DNA of 64,000 nt from contig NC_134031.1 in the NCBI RefSeq assembly GCF_964204645.1, forward strand, positions 17,719,807-17,783,806, given 5' to 3'. The stretch is from Tubulanus polymorphus (lineage: Eukaryota; Animalia; Nemertea). A model generated the notes under the pieces. That model saw only the letters and a program-made list of their open reading frames with translations. It did not search any database and was not told the DNA's origin. Made by a program: the position numbers and the translations under genes. Shown here piece after piece: positions 34,747 through 48,300 of this stretch (its first letter is position 1; every line of letters begins with the position of its first letter).

Positions 34747-37700
34747 AAGAGAAAGATTGCGACTTCATTACTGAAACAGCCGTAGAAGTCACATAGATTT
34801 TCGAGATAATTTTTACGTTTGTCTTGATATATATACTACTAATGACTCAATTTGTGATATGGACTGGTGATAAAATTGACGTTAAATATATTTCACAACA
34901 GCTTGCGCAGTTCCACATAGAAAACAAAATTAGTGAAAGTCGCATTTCAGGCAGACCTTTTTGTTCCGTCTTTGAAAGGCGTGATTCATATGCAAATTGG
35001 GGATTCTCGAAAACGATATTTTCTTTTTGGCAGTTGTCGATGACTGGAAAAAAGGAAAAAATTTCTACAGTAGAAATCATTTGAAAAACAAAACTTTAGT
35101 CGGGTTATTAGGGGGGGGGGGGGCTAGTAATGATCCAAAAAACAAAACACAGAGTAAGTTTGATGACTTAATAATAACTTTGGGAATCGAAAAGAATTAT
35201 TGCAAAGAAACTCACGTGTATTAATACATTCTAAAATACACGACATATTTTCCAGAATTTAACCAACGCAGCAGATCTGGCCGTTACATCGAAATTCCGT
35301 GGTATATGTAACAGTAGGTGGTTGCCTCGATGCTGGGAATCAATGACAGGGCTACGGCAGCCAAAAAAAACGATCAACAAATATCATCATTTTTCAACAG
35401 ACGATAACGAACCAAAAAAGAAAATGGCGGGTTACGATCATATGATTTTTAAAACCATTTCCTGAAATCCACCTGACGAAATTATGCGATAATATCTGGA
35501 TATTTATAGTCCAAGGTTTTCTGTTACCCTGTCACTAAAAAAGAGAAATCGATATCTTTGTTTTTTTTTCATTTCGTGCAATATGAAAAATAGATATATT
35601 TTTTACTAAAAAGTTCATTGTGCTCATATATTCTTCTGCGTCAATTCGTCTTGAAGCAGCTTGCAGACGACAGGTACTCTGAAGGTCGTACCAATAACAT
35701 TCGTGATTTATGAATTATATAAAGGCTACTGTAAAAACATTTTCGAGTCACCGTTTTCAACATTTTCGCAACGTTATCAATTGAAATTTTGAGAGAAACA
35801 GAGAGAAATCCTCGATAGGATTATCATAATCACCTATGGCTATACGCAATAAGTTTAAGTGAATATTGCAGCACATAGGCCTATATAGGGATATACTAAT
35901 GTTTTCGAGGTTTATATTGCTTACGGGTGCCACGTATAGTACTTGTTTGAATGCGAATGCGCTAAATCAAGAAAATCTGTTTTAATGCACCAAAACGGAT
36001 TTAATTTTCTTAGAAAACTCATTTTCTACGACGTGTTTTCTTGCTTATCAATTTTATCTTAAGGCCCGAATCGGCCACCAAAGAGGAAAAACACATCAGA
36101 TGTGGATAGATAATATCCATAGATATGATTTGTCTAGACTCTCAGAACAGATTGTCCAGGCAAAGACCATTCTCGATTGGACTCTTCGGGAAGAGGAATT
36201 ACCTCTTTCTGTTTTGATTGCAGCGTTGCGAAGTTTCTGTCAATTGTTCCATCTACTGCGTAGTACCAATGATTCCAAATCGACAGATCGAAGCCTTTCA
36301 GCCCATCTGGGGCGTTAACTTATCGCCCATCCGCCGCCCCTCTGCCCGTTCGTCCGTTTAGACGCAATCCAGTTATTTAAGAAAAGTTTAAAGACGCGTC
36401 GATGAGTTGTCTTCATATTTGCTTTATACGTGGTTCAACCAAGAGAAATATTGAAGACATTTGGATATTATCTCGATATGGTTTGCTTTTTTCGTGATAG
36501 ATATATGGTAATCGGTTTCTGTATATGTTCACCAGGGGGCGTGGCTTGAAAATCGGAACATTTTGGAAATTTTTACAATTTTCAGTCATTTCGCGGGCAC
36601 GGTGTCTCTAGACCTCTACTTAACATCAGCTATGTCTAGACTGTACTTGAAAGAAATATTCTGAAATTATTTGATATATTCAAACGCAGTTTAGCAGTTG
36701 GTGAAGGTCAAGTCACGTATATTATGTCGTTCAATGAAGTCTTTCTATGAAATCAGTCAACGATATATTAAATTCTAAATGCCTATAAACACGCATAAAG
36801 AGTCTTTATTATATAATGCAATGTCTTTGGAGGCCTTGGCAATTGAACTAAAACAAGAGTTCAGTGCCCTGAGTGGGGAGGGTCCGGTCGGGGAAAATCA
36901 ATTTCGAAAGCGCAAAGCTATAGGTTCTTGATAAATATAGTTTTGAATTTTGTAATTCGAATAGCAATCGGCACTATCCCAGGCCGGTTGGCCCTTGAAT
37001 AAACTCGGATATTGTAACGTCTGAAGTACCCATATATATAACCAATTCGAGTGACAGTATAAGTGTTCATGCGACAAGTGTTTCGTTTAAATCCACAATA
37101 CGCTCAAAATGTAACCAAACTGTTTCCCACCCGCATGCTGACGTAATAATGCTTTAGTTCAATAATTTACTCGACTTATGTTCGACAATTTTACGCGTTC
37201 AACTTCCGCATCGGTTAGGTCGGATAACTGTTCAATTCGAATGTTTTTTTTAATATACTTTTTATGACAACATCCTACTCGGATATACTCGGATATATTA
37301 CTATAGTCGCGATACGGTCCGACTTGAGCGAAGTCCACTCAACTGTATTCCGTGACTTCGAGCACAATCATAAAGAAACGAAGGTAGTTTCTGTGTGGGC
37401 CTAGCAGAGAGCAAATTGGACTCTCACCAACGAGTGGGGGCAATTCTTGGAATTATATGCGCATTTCGACGGGAAAAGCCCCCGTCCCCTTTATCAGCCC
37501 TCGCAGCAGATATATATATATATATATATATATGTATATTTATTTACAGTCTACCGAGCACTGGGAGGAAATCTTGTTGAAATAACCTCGATAACGCATG
37601 TATCTACATTTATCTTTCTTTTTTCTCGATAATAGTGGGCAACGTCCTTATGGAAACAGGTCGAGGCCGCACGCACTGTCTGGCAAAATACCGTACACGC

Positions 37701-38054
37701 ACAATTCAAGGGTTCTTCAGTATTCAACACGAGACATCAATCAAACGCATCATTCGATTATTCCAAGGCCCGGCTTCGCAAAAAAAGTTAAGAACGAAAA
37801 GAAATTATTCCCTTTTTTTAAAAAAAAAAACTTATCCAACTTTTATTTGTAACAATAGTCTCATTAAATAATAATTTACAACGCGCATCAATGAAGCACC
37901 ATCGGAAAATATGTCTATATAAACGTAACTATTCCATTTCATCCGTCATAGCTTAAAAACATTAGAAATTTACCAACTAAAAGTTCAGCGATCACCCAGC
38001 CACATATTTATTCATTCATTTTACAATCGATACTCCACGCAATAAACTCATCAC

Positions 38055-38350
38055 TTAACCCTTTCAGTGCGTCTACACCGCAGTGCGGTGTATAAATCAG
38101 TGATGGATTTTGCTAGTACACCACACTGCGGTGTATTGATGTAATTAGTAATTTGTAATTATCTCTATTGAAAAATGGCAGAAAGTGTCAAACATAGTGA
38201 AATACTAGTAACTAACGATACACCGCACTGCGGTGTAGACGCACTATAGTGGTATTCCCATTGTTCAACACACTAGGGTGGAATTTTTTAGAATTTTCAA
38301 ATTTTCTCCAGCAGTATAGGGTATTAATTAGTCAGCACTGAAAGGGTTAA
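38055..38350. mobile_element. piggyBac-like MITE, copy 2 (inverted relative to copy 1)
   Basis: TTAA-CCCTTTCAGTGC ... GCACTGAAAGGG-TTAA: perfect 12-bp TIRs and TTAA target duplication. Colinear with the reverse complement of 2058-2346. Confidence 0.9.
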
Positions 38351-38785
38351 TGCAAACACATTGAGAAAATATCACCTGCCACCAGATTTATGATGTTCTA
38401 TAGGAATGAACTAAAATGCGTACGTTTGACAATACAAAAAAATCCATACGAGCACACGCAGAGTGCAATAACATCAGACACATTTCAGTCCAAAATTGGG
38501 TTTAAAAAAAGTGGTGACCTGAACCAATTCTTTGAAAGGTGAATACTATATTACACGATACGGGGGTTGAGTTGGGTTGAGTCGAGTTGAGTCGTAGACA
38601 AAGGATCAACTTGTACTCCATAAGTGCAAGGGACTGAACCAAATTCTGACTGCCGCATACTACAACCTAGACAGCATACGTATAGTGTACTGATAAAACG
38701 TGAATACAAATTCCGAACATATCAGATAACGAAATCATTAAAAAATAGAGTAAAATGATCTGTAGGGATTACTACAGCGTACACG

Positions 38786-38925
38786 AGGGCGGATCCTGAG
38801 GCCAATTCCGAAGGACTTTTCGCGGCATTTGACATCCAAAAAGGTAATGTTTAATGTGTACCTTAACAAAGCGGGGAATTAATTTTGAAGAACTCGTTTC
38901 ACAAGTCCCTCTGGATCTGCCCCTG
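38786..38925. mobile_element. MITE with (C)AGGGGCGGATCCAG-type ends (hAT-like)
   Basis: AGGGCGGATCCTGAGG ... CCCTCTGGATCTGCCCCTG. Related ends occur at 52413-52649 and near 7170-7192. Confidence 0.5.
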
Positions 38926-39392
38926 GTATAACGTAGACAAGTGGTAACTTCCTCTTACCAATTTCTCTCGTATTTTCGCATCCCGGTGATATTTCAAATC
39001 CCTCAGCCGACGAGAGGAAATTTACCAGTTGGAAAATTTTCTGGCGGAATAATAAACCACGCGTTCAAGTGACAACTTACATAACTAAAGAAAAAGACGA
39101 TAAGGTATAGATAGGACACGAGGAGACCTTTAAGGCGTAAACCTGACACTAAGCTGTTCTCCTTCACATGAAATTGAATTCTGAAGCAATTTGAAGAATC
39201 CTGAAACTGCTTTTGAAAACATCGCTAAAAAACTAAGCAAAGTTCCTACCAATGTTTCAGCGAATGTTTTTTTACGCGGAATTCTTAAGTTTGTCGTTAA
39301 TCGTTTCGTTACTTCTTCGTTGTTTTTTCAAATGCAGAATTCATATCGTCGTTCGAATTCAGACAGCGCCGCTGTATCGTAAATGACTGCGA

Positions 39393-42300
39393 TTATAAAA
39401 CACTGCACCAAGAAGTCCAGCCGTTGGCGGGTTCACCGTCGACGGGAGAGGACCTCGCACTCGAACGACCGTCGTCAGCCGCGTCGCTTTCCGACGATGA
39501 ATCGACGTCAGAATTTTCCGGCGCTGACACGAATTTTGACGTATATTTCATGAGGACGACGTCCGTTTCATCCGACCTGAAATTTGCAATGAAAAACAGT
39601 GAAAAAATGTATCTAAAAACAACACAATTTCTGACTTGAGAACAATTAACATCAAGCTTATGACATTCTTTTATATATTTTTCTAAGTTCAATTTTATAT
39701 TTGATTTTATACATTCTTCTATCAATGTATGAACAGAGTTTGATTTCACCCCCCCCCCCCGTTCCGACCCTGGCTTGAAATCAACGATACATGTCAACAG
39801 TTGTTATTTTAGTTGCGCTTAGTGTGTTTAGAATAGGAATATAAACCCGAAATTCATCAGTGTTTAGATGTTGATTTCGATCTTTCCGTTTACAGAAATT
39901 AATTTTCAAGAGTTAGTTATCGGAAAAAGGCTGGAAATCTGACTTTTTCATCGAAGTCCGATCCGACTTACACAAGGTTTACTGTAGTACTCAATTAGAA
40001 AGGCCTCATTTTGATAACTGACAGCTGTTCAAAGTGTAACAGATTCTTCAGATGTACTTCAATAGATTATTCTATCCCTCTGAATCCAGGGTTCGATTTG
40101 ATGTAGCCCAGTTAAAAACCAGTTCCTCTAAAGTTTGGACAGTTGGGTGTAGGATTTAAACCAGAACACGAAATTTCCAATACTGGTCTAGTATTTGCTT
40201 TACCAATCGCTGAATTGTAAAATGTTCACTCTTTCACATTGTCGTTTTTACTTTATGTCTCATCATTTCACCGAAAAAATCCTAGATTTTCACTTTTTTA
40301 AACTGCAATAGAATTTGCAATCAGTTCATTTCTATAGCTGCCAGTCTGTTACTGATAGTTCGTTCATGATTTAGAAAAGAGTAATGTACAAGGTAGATTG
40401 GCGGCCGGTCGCGTTAACTTAAAAGCTCAGCCGAAATGCGAAACAAGGTATCAATTTTTGTAGCCTTATAAACAGTCGGGGCATGTTCACATGATTTGTC
40501 ATTCACTATGCCTATACCCTCACATAGCATAATACATCGGTATATATAGTTCAAAAAAATTCTGATTCGGTATTCAGCAGACCGGCTAAAGTACCCCTCT
40601 TCTAACCGAGCGAGCTAGGGTGGAGTCAAGTGTATGTACCGTATTCATGTCGATTAGGGTAAGGGTTTTATATCATGCGTTAACCTGCATAAATGACCCG
40701 CCTGCCGCAAATGACTAATGTCGATCAGTCGAAAAGTGCACATAAGTCACGCATTCATATTTTGTGTAGAAGAAATACATCAGAGCGCGCTCCACGCGGC
40801 CGGGTAACGTAGCAAAATAAAAACAGACATTTCATTTAAAAAGCGTCTCATTCTACGTTCGCAAATAAATACAAGCAGATGGTTGTTCTTGCATGAAGTG
40901 AGTAGATGCACCACTACCGCCGCGCGGAGGAGAGACGATTTACGCCTACTCAACAGTGATCTTTAAAATGAAAAAAAAAAATATATATATATATACAAAT
41001 ATATATATATATCGCCTGATCTATCATAATAAGGCTCCCCGGCTGCCACGGAATGAATAAGCATATGTCGATGAACCTACTTCATGCGATTCTTGGAATT
41101 CCTGCACATGTTAGTGAAGGCCGATATTACGGTTACGCAACTCGACAGATGTGATGCATAGAATCGAGGGGAACTGTGTTCCGATATTTTGGAAGGAACT
41201 ATAAAGCTGGCGAATATACTGAAGACGCGCACGCGTGTCTACATTCATGGAGATGATCTTAATGATTGAAATGAACTAATCGTGTGAAAGAAATGAACTC
41301 TTTCAGAAGCAGGGTCAACGTTTCCGTCACACGCTGAATTAAAACGAAACAAGTGGATTCAGACATAAGACGACACAGCCTGAACAGGTGCAATGCAATA
41401 TAAGGTGTATTGCTTACGAAAAAATCCAATCGAATGTGACTTCATGTTTTTAAACGATATCGCCGACAGACGTCAGCACTGTATAATAGCCTTCACGCGT
41501 GTGTCAATGACTTTTCTAAACGTGGCGATCAAATTTCAAACATTGTGTCAAAACATTCATAAAGTAGAAGTGGTTCAATTTGGAATTTATTTTTTAGTAA
41601 TATGTATATATATATATATACATACTGTTACATACAGCGAAAGTTTAGTAGCTGGTTTTGCTAATACTAATGAAATATCTTTCAAATGTTTTTTCTGATA
41701 TTGATATTTTCAGCATTTCGCTAATTCAAAGTGGCAGTCGTTATCGCGTAGATTAATATTTGATTGATCGGAAAACCGACGCCAACCGTTGAAACGCGAA
41801 TATCAAAGTTATTTACCGTTTATTACGCGTAGCCGGAACGTTTTCCCAAATTTTCAGTTCGACCCCACCAGTCACCCATCTGTCCAGACCGGACCTCGCC
41901 TTCGTACAGCTCAAACACGTTATTCGTTCCGTTTCGTGATCGGTAAGCGTCGCCACGTAGCAACAATCGGGCAACTGACGAACTGTAAAGAGAAACAATC
42001 ATCACGCACGTATTCAGTAGTAGATCGGTCCGCCCAGATAAGCATACCCCAATACAGGCATTCATAAGTAAATCATTAGCATAAGATCAGTGTTCTCCTT
42101 ATGCTGGAACTTTAAAGGGGCTGCAATATAACATTGTGACTGCTGAAGTAGCAAGGCTTTTGATCCTCCGCGAAAAATACACAAAATCTATGCTTAATTT
42201 TGGTGGAATCTCTTATTTTTCACAATAGCACTAAATATATTTCAAATATCAGCATCGATAGAAAATTGACATCCAATCTGGTAGGGGCAGCAGATATTTT

Positions 42301-45300
42301 ACAAAGGGTGGCTGATTTTCGAAGTGGTGGATTTGAAATGAAAGGGTTGGCGGCCCCTCTAAAACCTGTTGCGGAGGAGAACGCTGAAAATATCATCCGG
42401 GTCCAGTTTATACAAGTCTCTCTCAAAACTGAATTGATGAACTTTTTGCGAGCTATTCACTTGTCAGCGGCTTTCAGCCTTGATTTTTCGTGAAAAACAA
42501 TATTCATCCACTAGTTTGAATCGAAAATATCATTCATTCAAGATTTCTCATTTGCAACAGCGCAGCAGATGTACTGCCGTCTCATTCAATACCCGATTGA
42601 CTTGAAAATCAATCATCTAAACTGTGGAAGTGTTCTTCATCGTACGAGTACTGTACACATACAACGCGCACATATGTAGCAGGGCTGACAGAACCCTCGA
42701 TGGAAGTATTTATTTCCATAAACGCGAAGCGAGAATTTTAACACGATACCGCCGCGTACATACCATTCATAAACCCGACACCGTGATCATAATCAAAACC
42801 GGTGCTCAAGAGAATTTTATCATCGACGATTTCGACGGCGTCCGTGCACCCGAATTCACAGCTATGATTCCTCAGCTTCGTAACAAAGCCTACAATACAA
42901 GAAATACGACTACTATAATTCATATCTCGCTTCACCTTCACCTTCATAACTAACAAAAATAATAATAATAATAAAAACGTTAATATTATCATTTATTATA
43001 CAAATTATTTTGATTTTATATATTCATTTATCGATGTATGGACACAGTTTGATTTCACCCCCCCCCCCCGTTCCGACCCTGGCTTGAAATCAATGATACA
43101 TGTCAACAGTTGTTATTTTAGTTGTGCTTAGTGTATTTAGAATAGAAAAATAAACAAATTAGACCAATTATTGTCTGGGCATTAGACAAATCATCGTCGG
43201 TGGGTAGGCCTAACTCTATTACTCATGCATACATAGCACACTCATCTCAATACTCATTATTTGCCCAAACGCTTACAAAGTTGTCAAACGTATGAGAAAC
43301 CCCCTCAAAAGTATCAATTCAGCAACATTTCAGAACAAAGTCAAATATATTAAGACACTTAATATGACGTATATCATATGAGTAAACATGTAGACAGACG
43401 AGTAGGCCGGTGTCTGCGAGTTGGCCTCCTCAGTAAGTTGCTACCTGTCTGTTCCTTGATTTAATATCAGGTTAACACGGCTCTTTCACAACTTACATAT
43501 AATATGTTCAAGCATTTTGTACATATGTATTGATGTGTAAATATCTGTTTTAACTGTATTATTGCTTTTAAATATATCAACATGTGTTATAAGAGAATGT
43601 CCCCTGACAATGCAGAGACTACTATTATCATTTGGTTTGTTTTATTGATAAGCACCTGTCTTCCAATTGAGAGCTTTAATATTAACGCCATCGTCGCCGT
43701 AAAATATCGTGTTTTCATTCGTTGTCAAACACTTCACGGCGCTGATGAAAAGCGTCTGACCGGGAGCGACCTTCAGATTTTCGGATTCGTAGATTAAATG
43801 GAGCGATTTACCGCCGTCGAACTCGTGTATCTTTACAGTTCCTTCCGCGCAGCCAGTTACAATTCGACTACCGGTCACCTACAAAACAACACAAATCTAA
43901 TGACCTTTCATGAAATATTTCAGGGCCCCTACAGATCAGTCATTCCTGAATGCAAGGAGTTTTAAAGTGGAACATTTCAAATTCAGAGGCAGTGTCTCAG
44001 CATCACTTAAATAACTGAGCTTATGTGAAAAATAGAAGATCACACCAAAACTAAGCTTAAATTTTCTGTATTTTGCAGCCCATTTGAAATTCCAGCATTG
44101 CAGAACACTGCAGCGGGTCGAAGCATCCTACCCAAATGTCATAGACTACTCTTAACTGATTTTGATGTACTGGTAATTTTTGTGGAGGGCTAATATCCTA
44201 CAACCACAATCAACTGATATCAAATACCATTTTTATTCTATCAATCTCGGCGTTTACCTTTAGACATTTGATCGTATCTTCATGAGGACGGACAGACAGA
44301 ACATTTTCACCAGACACCGGATCCCAAAACTCCAATTTGCCACCGCCTAATAATACAAATATAGAGTCAATCTAGACGTTGCCACAAAGATAGTGATTAT
44401 TGCCAAAACATTAGTTTAATTTAGGTCTAGTCTTTAAGGATTTAACAACTAGATCACAGCTATATTAGTATTTCTTATAACACGTACCCAATCCAGAAAC
44501 TATGTGACCGTACAATGACATATACCTCAGACAGGCTACTGGGTTATACGTATAGACCGAACGTAGCAGTCGACCTGGAACGATACAGAAAAAGAAATCT
44601 TCAGAAAACATCAATCTGATAAAAAGCTACGGAATTCTTTGTAATCATCGAAAAGCTTTTTGACTGCTAAATCTGCTGAACATTTGGGACCGATGAAAAC
44701 TGGATTATGCAGGAATCCAGGTTGAACGTCATATTTGACAGTTACTCAAGTTTTAAGAAGGCAGTATATCAATCTTGATTAGATAACTTGATTAAACATA
44801 TTTGGATTAACTGGACCATGTTACCTGTATTGAGCGACCAAATCTTGATTGAACAATCGGACGATCCACTGATACAAATTCGGTCAGATGCCTCAATTTC
44901 ATATTCTTTCACTAAAACGAAGTACACGTAATGAAGTAAAATTTCTTTCTTTGAAGTTATGAAGATTCATACGAATGAATGCATGGAAAAAAAATTTACC
45001 GAATTTGTCCGTATGGTCATTGGGTAGAATGATCACTGCGGATACAGTCCCCGAATGGCCGCCTAAGCTTTTTATTTCAGCACCGATTTCCATGTCCCAC
45101 ACTTTAATCGTCGTGTCACGGCTGTAGAAAAAAGAAAAATCCATTAGTCCGGTAGCTTGAGAAAATAGTTTTGATAATAGGCTCTATAAAGTCAATTTCA
45201 TTCTGCAGACATTTAAAACATATTGATTTTCTCAATCATTACTTATCAGGTGCAATTTAGCAAAACATCTAAAATACATTTAAGAATGAGTTGACAGCGT

Positions 45301-48300
45301 GTGTTCGTGCCTGACTAGTTCTCAAAAGCCCCATGTAATTTTTATTGACCAAAAGTGTAAATATCGGGAAAATTAATGCCGATGGCTAAGATTGGCGCAT
45401 TTCGTCAATGATGTGAAGGAGCTTTTTGAATACCAAAATGATGCGAATATCATGTAGCAGTCGTTTCGTTTTTATGTTTAAACTTGAGTAAACTTTTAGG
45501 AAACCATAATAATAACGCCGAGCATGGAACATTCAAGCCTCGCCGATACAAAGAAATCCTTTCAAAAAACCGATTAAAACTTCCATTTTTATGCACAAGC
45601 ATAATTACAGTAATTTTGATAGGAAACAGGCTGTTGTATGGTAAATTTCTCTCTGTCAAGTAACAAATGGCAGCGGTTTAACCATAGAACTGACCCAGTT
45701 CTGCAGTTATGATTTAGATACATGTCGGTCGAGGTAAAATACAATCAACCTCACAACCGTGTAACTCCACTCAAGAGCGACGAAATGGTAGAGTGGGAAT
45801 TTTCTAAAAAGAAAAGTACTTTCATATCCATCCATTCTTTACAAACAAAGCACCCCGCTATCATTTCAATGTCTCAATATGCGGACTCAATATGCAATAC
45901 TACACAGCTAACTATGAATCTACCTTCCAGAAACGAGTAATGAACCATCAGCGACCACAGATTCGATCAGGTCATTATGACCGAGTAAATATCGAACGCG
46001 GAATTCCGCTTTTCTCCAGACAGACTTTTCCTTATCCGCCTTCGTCATTTTCGATCGACTTGATTCGATTAGATCTGAAATGTGACGTGAACGTAATGAG
46101 ATATGAAGATGGTTAAATGTTGATATATAAGGATAAGTTAACTGCTTTTTCTTTTTACATATCTGCAGTGTTTTTTCGAAATACTGTAGCTTAAATCCTA
46201 GTGGTATTATAGCTGGGATATCGATACAACCAAATTCGAATCCATATCCAATAGTTATTACACAATTCTGAGCTCTCTTTCAAATTTGCCGACTTTTCTT
46301 TCATTTTTGAGAAAGGAGTCGCAATTCCCTGATTTCCCCTAAAAATATTTCAGGAATTTTCTGAATTCACTGATCCGTAAGAATTGTGCAATTGACTGAC
46401 CTTTCTTTTTAAGATTTCTTGTCTGTTTCTGCTGGTTGGAATCTGATTTTATTTGTTTTTTCGGCGGGTCCCTGGCCGGTGATTCATCCCTTTTGGCTTC
46501 AACAGACAATTCATTGACAGGTGACTGGCTGCTGCTGCTGGAATGAAAAATTTGTTATCATATTAGTAAGATTGGAACCGCACCACGGTGTATGGTTGTG
46601 AAAACTCAAGAAAAAGATTGTAAATGGGGCCGGCCTTCTTCAAAGTGAAAATACCATACTACAATGATGTCAATGTCTTCAAGAAACGATAGAAAGTTGA
46701 TACCAGTGATTTCAAGGAAAATTACTTTAGAAACTTGCCCCTGGAGAAGTAATTGACATCCTAGACCTATGCTACGTGGAGTGCCGCGTAAGAGAAAACT
46801 CTTCAAATTCTCAAATAATCAAAAATAGGCCTATATAAATTGAAAAGATTTTCCCCATTTCCCAGCACTATGGGAACCATGGACTAGCACGGTTTGAAGA
46901 GTTTGATATGTTTATTTAATATTCATCGATTTTTCCTGCGATATACATCAAAATAATGAAAAGTTTTGAGCCATTTCACCGTAAAAAAAACTCAACTATT
47001 CGAGACTCCCCCGTGCGTCAGAGACAAGCGTGTTCGTAGATAAACCACTCGAATAGGTACTCGACAAAAATTCAATAACGACGTCGGCAGAGGTGGTGTA
47101 AATAAATTCCTAGCCTTACACAAGGTTACGCGATAATGAAAAGTAACAAGTTACGCCATTGGACTTCATATAGGTGAAAGAAAATACCTTCAGTAAACCG
47201 AAGTATTATTTTACCTTGATATTTTCTCGTGCCGTCGTTTAACTTGATTCCACGGGATTTCATTTTCTGTATCTTCGACGCCAGTTGGCTCCGCGGTTGT
47301 ATGAGTCTGGATATCATCGATTTGTTTGCCATTATTTCCGACGCTGTTTACATCACTAACATCATCGCATTCACTTTCCTCATGATCTATTTGAAAATAT
47401 AAGCGAATACCTTATTTTCAACTTATAATTAGTAAATGATAAATTCGATGTATAAAAAACGTAATCTTGCTAATTCGATAGTGCCAGGGTCAATGGATAT
47501 AAGCAGTTTTCAAGGAGGGAATTTCAAATTTGGAGGAAGTGTCCACCTAAAGACATTTCTAATAGCCTATTTCTCTAAATTGAAGTAGTTTTGTGCATTT
47601 TGCGCAAATCAAAGGAGTTTCAAGCACCTTTAGAAGCAATTTCTGTTTAGAAGTTTTCAAGGAATCAAGGAGTCGTAGTCAGTAGGCATGGTTAGTAAGT
47701 ACATGTACCTGATGACTGTATCTCATAGCCGGTCATATTTTGATTATGTTCAGCTGATGCTGTGTACAGACCATTTGTATCATTTTCGATCTCGACATCA
47801 TCATCATCATCATCATCATTATCATCATCATTTTCATCAAAATTCGCCAGAAGCTGATGTAATTCTTCACGTATCACCGATTGTCTCAATACCTGAAAGA
47901 ATCAAATGTCTCGACATTGAAACAGTTCTAAGAATCGTAGTAATTTCTGTGAATCCCCGGTCTTAGTCTAAATATAAATGTCGCATATTTTTCATAACAA
48001 AGGAAAAAGGGCACGAACGCGAACTGACGAGGAAATGTCACCAAACTTCTCAGGTTTATCGCACTACAATTGACGAAATAAATATCATATGTCGTTGGCT
48101 TCATATTCGAACGAAAGAATGTACACTTTAAAATCTCAAATTCGAGTAGGCATATTCCTTGATGATACACTTCATGAATACGTGGGTTTAGCAAGCAGAT
48201 ACATTCAACCTTCCGCAATGTAAGTATTCAACATAACAAAATCAAAACCCCCAGGTTACATTGTGCGCAAGGTTTCGTGTAAAAATACGAAACACAAGTT

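Noticed and set aside
34646-34792. N-terminal extension of the defensin-like ORF in the ORF track
   Set aside because: It runs through TA/GA microsatellite and likely intron sequence; the signal peptide begins at ATG 34645.
47688-47966. His-rich + strand ORF
   Set aside because: Antisense reading of the poly-Asp codons in WD40 exon 2.
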